Part shown: positions 1 to 13,790 of the stretch, piece after piece
Layout of the letters: every line of letters begins with the position of its first letter
Position numbering within the stretch: position 1 is the first letter of the stretch
From: the human T2T-CHM13v2.0 reference genome, Homo sapiens
Length of the DNA stretch: 64,000 bases
Strand: one strand, 5' to 3'
NCBI RefSeq assembly: GCF_009914755.1
Contig: NC_060939.1
The notes under the pieces: model-generated
What the model was told of the DNA's origin: nothing
The model's input: the letters and a program-made list of their open reading frames with translations, nothing else
The model's database searches: none
Translations under genes and position numbers: made by a program

Positions 1-655
1 GCAGCACTATTCACAATAGCCAAGATATGGAAGCAATAATATTTCTTCTTGAGGAATAAAATTTTTAAATGTGGTATTTATATACAATGGAATATTATTC
101 AGCCATGAAAAAGAATAAAACTCTATCATTTGCAGCAACATGGATGGAACTGGAGGATATTATGTTAAGCAAAATAAGCCAGGCACAGAAAGACAAATAT
201 CACATATCCTCTGTCATATGTGGGAGCTAAAAAAGTTGATCTCATGAAGGTAGAGAGGGAGAATGGTGGTTACCAGAGGTTAGGAAGGGGAAGAGGAAGA
301 AGGGGGTGAAGGTAGGCTGGTTAATGGGTACAAACATACAGTCAGATAGAAGGAACAGGTTCTAGTATTTGATAACACGGTAGTATGACAATAGATAATG
401 ATAATTTATTTTTTATTTATAATAAACGATATAGATATAAACGATAAAATAAACGATATAGATAATGATAATTTATTGTATCTCAAAATAGCTAGCAGAT
501 TTGGAATGTTCCCAACACAAAGAAATGGTAAATGTTTGAGGTGATATATATGCTAATTACACATCGTATGCATATACCAAAATATCACATGTACCCCATA
601 AATATGTGCAGTTATTACATATCACATAAAAAATAAAAAATACATTTAAAAAAAT
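1..655 (+). mobile_element. L1MA-type LINE-1, ORF2 C-terminus plus 3' UTR (continues left of window)
   Basis: gcagcactattcacaatagccaagatatggaa...atggatggaactggagga...ggttaatgggtacaaa...catgtaccccataaatat, ending in an A-rich tail at about 628-655. Confidence 0.9.
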
Positions 656-2036
656 CAAAACTGAAATCACTCTGAGTTTACATTTTGTAGTAAAGGCCAG
701 CATGGAGCAACAGCTGAGTAAAAGGGGATACTTCATGGGCACAGGTGTTGGTAATCCCACAAGAAAACCTGTGTTTCCTCATTTACTTTCTAACAAGACT
801 TCAGCTTCCAATTAATGTTTTTCACCAGTTTTCTTTTCTTCAAAACAGCTAATTGTTAACCAGGGACCTGAGACACTCTCTTGCCTATAAACAAAACAAC
901 TAGAAGGATACCTTTTTCTGTTCAGACAAATTTTAGCACTAAAAACATAACCCTCAAACCTCAGAGGGATAGCTCAGTGCAAACTGTTCATGTCTAAAGC
1001 ATAAATTGACCATAAACAATATATTGAATAGGTGCACTGTATACAAACCCCGTGAAAAAAATAAAACCAACTACTACCAAAGGAAGTGACAAAGACCTAC
1101 AAACCAAGAAGAAATGTACCTTTATGCTACTATCATTGGTCATTTAATAGGCATGCTAACAGAGTAAAAAATAGACATTTCAAACAACAAAAAAGAAAAT
1201 GTCACATCTCCCATTTCCAACTAACTCCCCCAAATTTATTTTTTAGCAAAAGGGGAATAATAAAGAATATTTGTGAAACCTTAGTCACCAAGATGAAAAC
1301 AGCAAAACAAAATAGGGATCTGGAGAAAAGAAACAGATCGTTCCAACCAGCCCACAGCTAAATTTCCACTTCATCTCACTAACCATTGAATGCTACCCAT
1401 CTACTCACCTCAACCCAGACTTAATCCTCTCCCCCAAAAGGAAGATTTCTCAGCAGTGCAGGAAGATCAAACAGGTATCCATTCCGTGACCATGCCAAGG
1501 AGAAAAGCAAGGCTACTCTGAAAGCTTGAGGGATGATACAGAAAACAAACTGGGTCTCTAGGGGGCATTCTCAAAAACCTGAGATCAACTCCTGGAAAAA
1601 CACTCTTGACCACTTACCACCACCGGAAGCTGCTAGATGGCAATCAGAATCAGCATCTCATCAGAAGAAGAGGAAGACCTTACAAGAAAGCAGCTTCACT
1701 GCCAGTGAGGAATTGAGGGAGAAAAGCACTCCTTGGAAAAATGCTGAAAGCCCTGAAGAGCCTCTCCTCCCCTAGTTGCCTGCTCCTGCTGACAGGACAG
1801 AACTGGTTAATCTTGGGGAAACAAAAGGAAACTCCCAAGAGGCTGGCTTCTGAGGATGGCTTCCTCTGTGGGAATCAAGAATTCAGGAGGATGAAAATGA
1901 ACAATGGAAGGGGACACCGGCTACCAGGCCTACTTACCAAACTTTTACCAGCCCTTGACTGAGGAAGATAAGCAAATCTCTTTGCAGTTCCCACCTGCTT
2001 TTGCAGAGATGAAAGAATCAGCAGTGGGTTTTTGTC

Positions 2037-2038
<2 letters not shown>

Positions 2039-2068
<30 letters not shown>
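2039..2068 (+). repeat. Poly(T)30 tract
   Basis: 30 consecutive T, followed by ACAG. Confidence 0.95.
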
Positions 2069-2071
<3 letters not shown>

Positions 2072-2699
2072 GGGGAAGTTCAGCTCTCTTATGGATGAAA
2101 GCTAAGCATACTCAAGTGACATTTAGTAGGCAAAGCAATGACACTTCTTTCCCAACATCCTTAATTTCAGCACAGAGGATGCAAACATTAACCCTGATGG
2201 TACCAAAGAACAAATGCACATAGGAAATGGATTTACATCTTTTAGTTTGGAATTGCTTTTAAGGGGATTCTGGTTGTTAAAGCGGGATTAGATGAAAATA
2301 AAATATTTTGGTGCATATCTATTTTTAAAAGGAAAAATATGGCTTCTTTTAAATATGCCTAAAGCCATCTAGGAATTTTCCAGAAGTTGCATCAGATTTG
2401 CCAGTTAAGTACTGAAATCAAATAGATTTTAATCATGTCTCTATAACCAGAGCAAGCTAATCCCCTGCGCACCATCAACTCCACTCTCCTGGAACATCCT
2501 CACGCTGGGCCCTCAGGTTTTCACAGAAACAAGGGCCTTTTCCTACCAAGGTTCCACAGTAACAAGAAACTACAGATTTCTGGAAATAAGAGAGATGGCT
2601 TTCTTTCTTACATGATAAAAGAGGACCAAGAACAGCTTAGAGCAGGAAGCAATCATCTCTTTAAAATATTTAAAATAAAAAACACTTTTAAGTGAAAAA

Positions 2700-3545
2700 C
2701 ATTTTTAAGTATCACCTCTATACCATTTTTAAACCTATCATATGGGGCAAATATAAGTTTGGTAATTCCCTTTGTTAAAGAAGATATAAGGAAATCAGGG
2801 CCTTTTCCTTTTCCTATACTGTTAGTGGGAATATAAATTGGTAAAATATTTTTTAAAGGAAACTGAGTATAGTAGTGCCTATCAAGTATTGAAATGTGTA
2901 TGTGTTTTTATTTCTTAGGAATTTACCTTATAGAAAACCACACACACGTGCAAACATATCTCTAAATATGTTAATTATAGCACTATGATAGCAACAACAA
3001 AAAAACACCTAAAAATGGCTTACATATAAGAGACTGCCTAAATAAGTTAAGGTATATTGATACAAAAGAGTACTATGTAGCTATTCAAAAGAGGGTAGAA
3101 TTGGAGTAAGGAATCAGGTCATCTGAGTTTAGTTCTGTCTCCACCAGTGACTGGCCAGGTGACTATGCAAGCTCCTACACTTATCTGGGCCATCTGTAAA
3201 AAGATGATCATTATAGAACTTACCTCATAGGATTGTTGCAACTAAAACAGTGCCTGGAGCAAAGTAGAGACTCAATAAATTTAGCTATTATAAATAAGAG
3301 ATAGGCCTCTTCAGACTGACATAGAAAAAGATGTCCAAGATGTACTGTCAAGTGAAAAGATCAAGTTGCAGAAGAATTGTGTATAAGATAATCTCATTTT
3401 TAAAAAATATTTTAAATGTGCTCGCTGTTTATTGTCTCCCTCCCACTAAAATAAAAGCTCCTTGAGAGCAGGGACTTTTGTTTACTGTTGAACTCCTGGT
3501 GTCCATAATAAGCACTCATGAATAATGAATAATGTCGAATGAATA
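2700..3545. mobile_element. Old L1ME-like fragment with nested MIR (about 3090-3290) and L2 3' end (about 3425-3545)
   Basis: L1 3' motif gtgggaatataaattggta; MIR core catctgtaaaa...acctcataggattgttg; L2 tail aagctccttgagagcagggac...gaatgaat. Confidence 0.6.
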
Positions 3546-3569
3546 ATGATAACAGCAAGGCTCAGCAAG

Positions 3570-3810
3570 AAGAATAGGTGAATTCACAGAGACAGAAAGA
3601 GTAGAGGCTACCAAGGGCTGCAGGAAGAGAGTATGGGAAGGTATTGTTTAATGGGTACAGGGTTTCAGATTGGGATGATGGAAAAGTCCTGGAGATGGAT
3701 AATGGTGATAGTTATACAACACTGTGAATGTACTTAAAGCCACTGAACTGTACACTTAAAGGTAGTTAAAATGATAAATGTCATGTTATGTATACCTAGC
3801 ACAACTTTTT
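3570..3810 (+). mobile_element. L1MB-type 3' UTR fragment
   Basis: ttgtttaatgggtacagggtttcag...gatgatggaaaagtcctggagatggat...ccactgaactgtacacttaaa. Confidence 0.85.
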
Positions 3811-5436
3811 CAAAAATTTCTACTTTTTCTTCATAAGGAGTAGAAAGACGGGGAACAGAGAAGGATGTCCATCTTATAGAGGACTATTACTAGTGTGACT
3901 GCAAACCCTTGCTAATCAGAAAACAGTTTAAATTCTCGATTTAGGATACAAGAAAAAAAAAACCTTTTATTCCCATTATACAAAGGTAGCTAAACAAAGC
4001 TTAAACTTTCATCCCTATTAGGCAGTATGTGCACTGTCAGAACGCCAGGTCTGTGTTTTCAAGAGGCCTTATTTTGTTTTAAAGCCTTACTTTTGACAAA
4101 CGTCCTTTATGTCTGTAGTCTAGAGTTTTCAAAGTGCTTTCTCAAGGATCATCTCAACTTGTCCTGACAAAAATCTCGTGATCATATTAAAGGAATTTTA
4201 ATTAAGTATCTGAGCATTTGAGAGAAAAAAAGAATTCTGAATTTACTCACTCTTTTACCTTGTTCTCCAACTTTACACACATTTCATCAAAACGAAGAGA
4301 TGGAAATTTTTATTCTTAAGAATCTGAAACCACACAACTATAAGTCTAATATACAACGGAATAAATAGCATCTTATGTTTCTTAGAACCTGTAAATATCT
4401 CTTGCCTAACTGCCAAGATAGCTAAGAAAGCCAATGAATTATGGTTTTAGATAAACAGATTAACTACCTGTAACAAGTGGGATGGCCTGGCCTATAGTTT
4501 GAAATCTACAGTTGGAAGAAATTGATCTAACATATTTTCATTCAACAAATGCAAATACTCTGCTAGACACTTTGTGGGACATAGAAAAGATGAACAAAAT
4601 ATGATTCCTGCTCCTGTGATGCTTATCAGCTGCTGGAAGGAATCAGATGTGCAGATGAGGAGATTCTGCAATTTAAGTCTCTGACATTGAGAATGGGATT
4701 GACAAATAGTAGATTTAGTCACTTTATGTCAATTCAATTTAATAACAATAAAATAAATTAAGATTTAATTGATTACCTGGAATTTAGTCATAACAGAAGT
4801 TTTAGGTTTTGTTGTGTTTGTCTGTTTGTTTGCTTGCTTGCTTTTAAGGCCAACAAGGGAAGATTGAGTTGATTGAAATGTCAAACCAAGTCCTTGGTGT
4901 CAGCCTAAACAGCAGAGAAGTAGCTCTGGCCTAAAATTGCAATTTGGGAATATGCACTAAATAATGAAAGAAAATCGGAACAAAGTATTTCATAATTCTA
5001 TAAGCATATTCTTGAACTATCCACCTGCTCCAAGCAGACTAGAAGCCCACTTGAATCTCCTAAAGTCTACACTGGAGTCTACACTGCAAACCTACTCACT
5101 AAAGAATGAGAATTGCTGAAGTGTAAATCATAGAACATTGTGTAAATTACTCACCCACCTTAAGCCTTAACTTCCTGGTTGCAAAATTGGGAAGATTAAA
5201 ACCTTCTTCTCAAGCTGTTTGTGAAGATTAAATGAGATATTCATTAAATAAATAACAAATGGATAAAAGTATGCATTCATATGAAAATTGTATATGCAGT
5301 GATAGAATAAGAATAAATAGCACACAACCCAGCACCTGTCACATAAGCCATTGTCTAACAAAGGTCAGTATCTTCTTTACTATCTCTCCAGAATCCAAAT
5401 GCGACTACATTTTCTTTATCAGAACAGATAGGAGAC

Positions 5437-6064
5437 TGAAGCCACCTTTGCAAAAATTATAACAGTGAGAAGATTATGACAGTGAAAGACATCTGACCTA
5501 ACTGACTCCATCTTGCTTCTAACCTCCAAGCTGTCCTTGTCATTCCTGGGCATAGGCTGAACTAACTTTGGGAAAAATTTAGTTTATAGTTTAACTTTGC
5601 AACAAAGATGGTAACAGCCCTTCCCCAAACAAACCCCCTTCTTACCTAGGGACCAGTCTGCCTTTGTAGGACTAACAAATTAGCTACAGGATTAAAAATT
5701 ATGGCTTAGGAGTCATGCAGCCAGAGGCTGCAAGATTCTGAACCTCCCCATATTGCTCCTGAATGGTTTACAGAATTAACCAGGAACAGAAGACAGCAAG
5801 GAAAACCCAGTTCAACCTCCTGTGATTTCATCTTCAACTCGACCAATCAGCATTCCCCACTTTCTGACCCCCTACCCACAAAATTATCCTTAAAAACCCC
5901 AATCCCCAAATTTTCAGGGAGACTGATTTGAGTAATAATAAAACTCCTGTCTCCCATACAGCTGCCTCTGTGTAAATTAAACTCTTTCTCTGTTGCAATT
6001 CCCCTGTCTTAATAAATTGGCTCTGTCCAGGCAGCAGGCAATGAGAACCCACTGGGCAGTTATG
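5437..6064 (+). mobile_element. Solo ERV1 LTR, LTR8-like
   Basis: Starts tgaagccacctttgcaaaaattataac; contains ctccatcttgcttctaacctccaagctg and aataaa (6011); ends gggcagttatg; 4-bp target duplication agac at 5433-5436 and 6065-6068. Confidence 0.85.
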
Positions 6065-7850
6065 AGACCTTTGAATTCTGAGCTACTCCACATCTCCAGT
6101 TTTTTTCATCCTGATCCAACCATCTGTCTTCTCCTCTCTCTAGGGCAGTATTCCCCAAGCATATCCTTTCCATACACCATAAAACAGCATAAACAGACAT
6201 TTTAAAGGGATGATATCAATAAAGATAATTCAAAGTTTTAGTATTTTCTTCCTGCACCCCAGAGCAGTTATTCAGAACCTCCTTACCTCAGCAGGTGACA
6301 GGAGTACAGTACACTAATAATGTTCCTGGGCCACCACGCCCCCTTCTCTCTAGTGATTGAAACCAATTTGCCTCCCATTCAAAAACAGATCCAACAAGTC
6401 TTTGAAGTAACATATGCCCTCATAGCCTTTAATATCTAAAAAGAAAGTATAGTTTTCTAACCTCTTGTAGTTTCATTTATTATCTGGCACTTTCCACTGT
6501 GTATTGGGCCGAAGTTCACCAAGAGAAGGTAACTCAACTCCTCCCCCACCCCAATTTCCCCACCAATTACTTAACCTTTTATGAAATAAAGGAGGTTTCT
6601 TTACATTGGCCAACATAAACGACTGACCCATTGTTGGTAGTGCCCTTTCCTGTGTGGGATTTTCCATCCTCCATGAAAAGACTCACAGTTAAGTTTTAGT
6701 TATTACTCAACTAACTCATGAAAAGAACCAAAAGAGAATAAGAGAATGCAAACAAGAAGTTAGAAGTTAAGCCACAGATAGAGACCCGGATTTAGAAGTA
6801 GAGGACTTTTCTACTCTACTAATAAAATTTCAGGAATTAAACTTAAAGTAATATAAATCCACCACTACATTACAATTAAGCTGGTAAGATTTTTAAAAAG
6901 AAAAAAAAGATACCTAAATTTATGGGTGCTAAATGTCACCTCTGGGAACCAGCTCCTGACAGTGATCTGGACTTTCCCTCAAGGGCTCTCCTGAATATCC
7001 CTTTCAGTGCAGACACTCAGACACAAGCAAGAACAATAGATCCTACAGGGCTTGTTGTTATGCAAGCCCACTCACCAAAACCAGGTGATTTGCATTTAAT
7101 TTGCCCTTTCAAATACTATCTGAACCATGTGTTCCAGAACTAGATGACCCAGCTTTAAACCAGACAGCCTAACACCAAGCCAGACTATTGGCAACTCTAG
7201 TTGTAAAAGTCATTCTAACAATTCATTTCCAAGTGATGAATGCTCCACAGCCAAAACTGGATCCTGGAATAGGCTGTTGGCATCAGCAAGAGAAACACTC
7301 CCTAAAATAATGTATCTCTTGCTATCAGGGGAGTATAGTATCTTCTTTGCACATAATGGGTATCCAGTAAAGACTTTTGGCCTCCGCTTTTTTATAGACT
7401 GACATCATAAGAAGTCCTTCCAACAATCAGGGCATTTACAAGAAAGGAGTAGTAGAACAATGAACCCGATCTGGATCAGTTTCAGGGCTACATGGTTCTT
7501 GTTATCTCAGAATCTCCAAGACCCAAGGAGCAGCCAGACACTTAGGGTCTTTTAACACTCACTCCAGCCCCATTTTCTCCTTAGCAAACTGTCATCCCAA
7601 TGAGAAGAGACGCTCTGCTCTTCATCTCTTTACCCTTTTAGTCTGTCCTCCAGGTCACTGGGTGTGAAAATTTCCTACCCCTTATATGACACTTGGGAAG
7701 TGTAGGGTCCAAGATCAAAGGAGTTCAGGCTCTTAATCAGGACATGTCTCTGGGACATTTCACACATTCTTCACCATTTTCCAAGCCCCAATTCTGTATC
7801 AACCCCTCTGCAAGGCATTGGGGACCCCAAGGTAACTGAGACCTGGTCTC

Positions 7851-8278
7851 TGTGAGAACAGAAAAATAGCTCAGAGCAGTCTGCACTACGGGAGGTTCGA
7901 AAAATTTATCAGGCCCAAAAAGACAGGAGTCTAAGATTTCAGTCATGTGACCCCCAAACCCATCTGTGGGGGCAATTGTTTAAAGGCATTTTGTTCCTGA
8001 CTACCTGCCTCACCTATTATCTTCATGTTCCTGGAATTTTAATACAAAGAAACAACATATAGCCAATCAATAACTTATGTTATTTTTAATGTAAATTCTT
8101 GGTAAACAACTTAGAAACTGCCTCTTCTTTTCTTTAAAAACCTGCTTGTAACTGCTGCTACAGCTTGTAACTGCAGAAAACTGAATCTATGCTCCCAGGT
8201 TGCAATCCTCAAGCTTGGCCCAAATAAACCCTCTAGTTATATCTATTTTGCCTGGGATTCTTTCTTTTAGGTCGATAT
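7851..8278 (+). mobile_element. Solo ERV1 (MER4-group) LTR, subfamily uncertain (MER93-like)
   Basis: TG start, ccaat box, tttaaaaa TATA-like element, aataaa and the MER4-group-type 3' end ttttaggtcgata. Confidence 0.7.
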
Positions 8279-8558
8279 CTGCCCTAACAAGAATCCTTCT
8301 AGTGGAAGAGAAAATAGTTGTGAACAAATTGTGACACAATGTGATAGTAACTCTAATTTAGGTGTCCCTTGTCCAAACAGGCTTCGGAACTACAGGAGAG
8401 GGGAAGCCATATTTCAGTGTGGGTGTGGAGGTGTCACGGGAAACCCTCAGAACAAGTGAAGCTGAGTCCTGAAAGATGAGTAGATGAGTTAGGGAGGGTC
8501 TTGTTAGTTCCTAACAAGCTAACAGTCCAAAAAAAAAAAAAAAACACTTCACTAATAC

Positions 8559-8705
8559 TGTCAGAGGCGTCCAAGGCCTTTGAACCAGAGCAACTCCATC
8601 TTACATTCCCAGAAGGTTAGTCATTCTTAGACACAGTTTCAGTTAAGGGAACAGGTTAATAATGTTTACTGAACAGACCCAGGAAATGTCCCGATGACCT
8701 GATAT
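8559..8705 (+). mobile_element. MER41-family LTR, 5' fragment
   Basis: tgtcagaggcg...tttgaaccagagcaactccatctt matches the MER41 5' end; truncated at about 8705. Confidence 0.75.
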
Positions 8706-8770
8706 TGTTACTGGAAAGGGATCCCAATCCAGATCCCAAGAGAGGGTTCCTGGACCTTGTGCAAGAAAGA
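8706..8770 (-). mobile_element. Short terminal fragment of another ERV1 LTR
   Basis: tgttactggaaagggatcccaatccagatcccaagagagggttcctggacct, the reverse-complemented U5 end of an ERV1 LTR. Confidence 0.6.
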
Positions 8771-9020
8771 TTTCCATTTGGTGGAGGTCCGAGTTTCTGA
8801 AAAGTAAACTCAGGGTCATATGTCAAGATGTTATCTTTAGCTTCTGTAGAGAACCAAACATCTTATGACTATAACTTCTTTAGCTATTATTTTAAGCTAC
8901 TATTACTCTCTTACTTATCAAGTTGCTCATTTAATTCTCAGGACTAGCTAGGTGCCTGGAATTTCCATTGAAGAAACGCAAGATTTTCCTTTATTTCCAC
9001 GCTTGGTGGAGGGTGGCAGG
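8771..9020 (-). mobile_element. MER39/MER34-like LTR, 5' part
   Basis: Reverse complement reads tggaaataaaggaaaatcttg...ggaaattccaggcacctagctag...taaagataacatcttgacatatg. Confidence 0.7.
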
Positions 9021-9670
9021 CAATCTGATAAGCAAGGAGGTAATAATAGCTTGAAACAATAGCCAAAGAAGTTAGAGTCCCAATAGAAACTAAAAATAAC
9101 ATCTTAACATATGTCCCTGAGCTGTTTTGCAGAAACCTGCCCACAGCCCCCACACCCCCCCGCCACCAAATGGAAAACACCATCCACTGGCACAACAGAC
9201 CTTGGGGAAGGGGGAACTGGAGACTGAAATCTGACCACTGTTCTTCATTCTAAATTTCTTCCTGAGGGGCCTGGCAGAAGTTATACCTACAGGCCAGAGT
9301 TCAACATTCCTTTCTGCTGACCCCAAGTTTTTAAACAAATCTTAACCAATCGCAGATCGGGAAATCTTTGAATCTACCTGTAACCTGTGGACCCCCACTT
9401 CAAGATGTCTCCCCCTTTTTAGGTCAAACCAATAGCCTCCATGTATTGATTTATGGCTCTGCCTGGAACCTCTGCCTCCCTGCCTTTAAAAACTCTTACA
9501 TGGAAGCCATCAAGGGGTTTGGGTTTTAAGATTAGCTGCCCAATTCTCCTTGCATAGCACCCTGCAATAAATGCTTCACTTTTCCTCACTGCAAATCAAT
9601 CCCAGTGTTAGTATTTGGCTTTGCTGCATGGGCAGGCAGATTAACTGACCCATGTTCAGTTCAGTAACAA
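9021..9670 (+). mobile_element. MER39-like LTR lacking its 5' end
   Basis: aataacatcttaacatatgtccctgag...ctaaatttcttcctgaggggcctgg...gcaataaatgc...ttcagtaaca (CA end). Confidence 0.75.
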
Positions 9671-11065
9671 TGGCCTTCCTCTACTGTGACTTGGGCTTCC
9701 ATTCTAAATGGCTTGAGTGAGTCACAAACATACATCCCACAGCAATCGTGAATGTGGAGAGCAAAGGTGAGTTTGCCATCATCTCAGTATATCAGTCAAT
9801 GTAATTTCTAGGTCCTAATGGATCAGAGACCAGGCAAAGATTAGGCAAGAATTGAGTCATGGAGGCCTCAAATGTTGCCTTATACACACTATCTCTGAGG
9901 ATAGCAACCTAGACGCATTCTCTCTTAGATAAATAAACTGCTGCAGCTTGTGCTATAATACCGATTGCAAAGAAATTGATCCTACAGAACTAGAAGACTG
10001 CACTGGAGCAGGAGGTTAAAGCATCGGATGGCAGGAGGGAGATAAAACTGTTCAAGGCAGCTCTAGGACCATCCTGTCCTCTAGAGATATCCCATTATAC
10101 ATAGGGAGAGGAACAAACACCAGTAAGGTCTGTCTTTGAAGAAATATTAATTTCAGATGAACAATACCAAGGTGTGCCTCACTGTGGTTCTGCACACATC
10201 CCCACCAATGCTGAGCCATCTTTAGGTAGAGTGTGCCCCAGTCTCAAGGCCCAGGAGCTACAGCAGATGAGCAGATGATGGAGCTACTTCTTGTGCAACC
10301 CCATGTTTCTGTGCATTTCAGGGTAAGGAAGGTGCTACCTTCAGAGCTTCTCTTTTGAGTAAGCCAGTGTTTCGTTTTGTATCCAGTCTGTCAAGGAAAG
10401 AAGGAATTAATATCACCCCAGAAAAGCAGGAGGAACACTTACGGAGTTAAGTCATGCCAGAGACCAGCGAAAGAAGGGGAATCATGGAGACAGACACCAG
10501 AGTCCTGGGTTTTCCTAGCTTCAGAGCTAAACTTCAAGAGGGAGCTGGCTTTAGAAACATCCAGAGAGTTGGAGTCACATGGAAAATCTAGGCTAAGCAC
10601 CCATTTCCTTTGGCTCTGAAGGGTGCCCTTCTCCATCAGAGCATCAGATCCAGCAAAGCTGGGAGCAGTACGGAACACTGGAGGAGAAAGGTGGCTGCAG
10701 ATGCTTGAGGCTATGTTCCTGCCTCCTTGTGGCTGATGAAGGGCAAGGCCTGGGCCAAAATGACAAGATCTGCTTGTGCAAAGAGAATCCAGAGGACCTG
10801 GCATGGATCCAAGGCTCCCACTTCCCTCTACTGTCACAGAGTCACACAGGTTCTCTGTGATGCCATTCTGGAGAGAAGCAGGAGAGGAGAGGGACACCCA
10901 AAGGCCCTAAAAAAGACTAAATAATCAAAAGCTTATTTGAACTGGAAAAGACTGTGGTTGGTAAATTGATCAGTGGAAGGTTTATTGGGGATTATTTTTC
11001 CCTACTTACCCTTTGGAGTGTGTGAGTTAGTGAAAAAGGACAGATCCTTTGTAAAAAGTTAAGTA

Positions 11066-11444
<379 letters not shown>

Positions 11445-11517
11445 TCATGTCCATCACTAAATGCAATCTGTTTTTTTTTCTTGTTATCTTGAGGAGTCAA
11501 ATTCATATCAAGAACGC

Positions 11518-11966
11518 TGTATTAGTTTCCTAGGGCTGGAATAGCAAAGTACCACAAGCTGGGTGGCTTAAAACAAGGGAAACTGATTCTCTCACAGTTC
11601 TAGAGGCTGGAAGACCAAAATCAAGGTGTTGGCAAAGCTGGTTTCTTATGGAGGTTCTGAGGGAGAATATGTTCCATGCCTCTCTTCAGCTTCTGGTACT
11701 TGCTGACAATCTTTGGCATTCTTTGGCTTGTAGACCCATCCCTCCACACTCTGCCTCTATCAACACATGGCATGCCCTTTGTGCATCTTCTCTGTTTCTT
11801 CATGTCTTTATATGGCCCTCTTATCAGGACATGATTAGATTTGGGCTCCATTCTAATCAAATATGACCTCAATCTTAACATCTGCAAAGACTCCATTTCC
11901 AAGTAAGGCCACATTCCAACGTTCCAGGTAGACATGAATTTTGGGCCACACTATTCAATGCAGCAC
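11518..11966 (-). mobile_element. MaLR LTR (MLT1B/C-like)
   Basis: tgtattagtttcctagggct...ggtggcttaaaacaa...ttctctcacagttctagaggct...ctattcaatgcagcaca. Confidence 0.85.
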
Positions 11967-11986
11967 AAATGCAAAAGGGGATTTTA

Positions 11987-12309
<323 letters not shown>

Positions 12310-12782
12310 CTATAAAGAGATCTAGAGGTCTCCACCACTTGGCCAGACTAGACTTCTTTGGTTCTCTACTCTATATGAATGTTGAGGCCTTTTCACAGCC
12401 TGCACAGATGCCCTTTCCCTGCCTTGTTTACCTGGCTAAATTTTCCACATCTTTCAGGTCTTAACTGCATTCTCACTTCCTCTAGGAACCCTCTTCAGAG
12501 AATTTTAAGAAATCAGAGCTTCTCTGGGCTCCCATGATATGCTGCCTTTCCCCATCATGGCACTTGCCTTGCTATAATCACACCTGTCCACTTGTCTGGG
12601 TCTCCAATACCTGAGGGTAGCAACTCAATTTCCCACTGGTAGCACTGGGCTTAGCACAGAATGTAAGAGCCCAGGACTCCTGTGATAAGATTACCCAGGC
12701 TCTGGTGAGTAACTGAGTATTCTTATATAAGTCACTCAACTTCTTGGGGTCTCAGTTTCTTCATCTAAAAAATAAGAGTCTT

Positions 12783-13125
<343 letters not shown>

Positions 13126-13151
13126 TTAGTCTAACGTTCTATGTTAGTAAT

Positions 13152-13544
13152 TGTATTAGTCCATTTTCATACTGATATAAAGAACTACCCAAGACTGGGT
13201 AATTTATAAACAAAAGAGGTGTAATTGACTCACAGTTTCAGCATGGCTGGGGAGTTCTCAGGAAACTTACAATCATGGCAGAAGGTGAAGGGAAAGCATG
13301 GCACCTTCTTCACAAGGCAGCAGGAAGGAGAAGGAGAAGTGCCTAGTGAAGGGGAAAGAGCCCCTTATAAAACCATCAGATCTCATGAGAATTCACTCAC
13401 TATCACGAGAACAGCATGGGGGAAACTGCCCCCATGATTCAATTACCTCCACCTGATCTCTCCTTGACACATGGGGATTATGGGGATTATGAAGATTACA
13501 ATTAAAAATGAGATTTGGATGGGGACACAAAACCTAACCACATC
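13152..13544 (-). mobile_element. MaLR LTR (MSTA/THE1D-like)
   Basis: tgtattagtccattttcatactg...ggaaacttacaatcatggcagaagg...gagatttggatggggacaca. Confidence 0.9.
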
Positions 13545-13549
13545 AATAA

Positions 13550-13790
13550 TGATAGGTAAGAACTTCTAATAGCTATGCAGTACTTAATAGTTCTAAGTGC
13601 TTCATATATAGTAATTCATTTCATATTACAATAATTCTATCCTTTACAGATAAAGAATCAGAGAAACAGAGAGGTTAAAGAACTTTCACAAAGCTGCAGA
13701 GCTAGAAAATGGCAGAAGTGGAATTTGAACCTGACAGTCTGGTTCTAGAATCTATGTGCCTAACCAATCCACTATCTCTGCCTCTCTATA
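13550..13790 (-). mobile_element. MIR
   Basis: tttacagataaagaa...agagaggttaa...ggaatttgaacc core. Confidence 0.75.

Noticed and set aside
9950-11040. Possible ancient LTR or coding segment (ORFs 10377-10924)
   Set aside because: I cannot assign a family or protein from the sequence alone; left unannotated pending a Dfam search.
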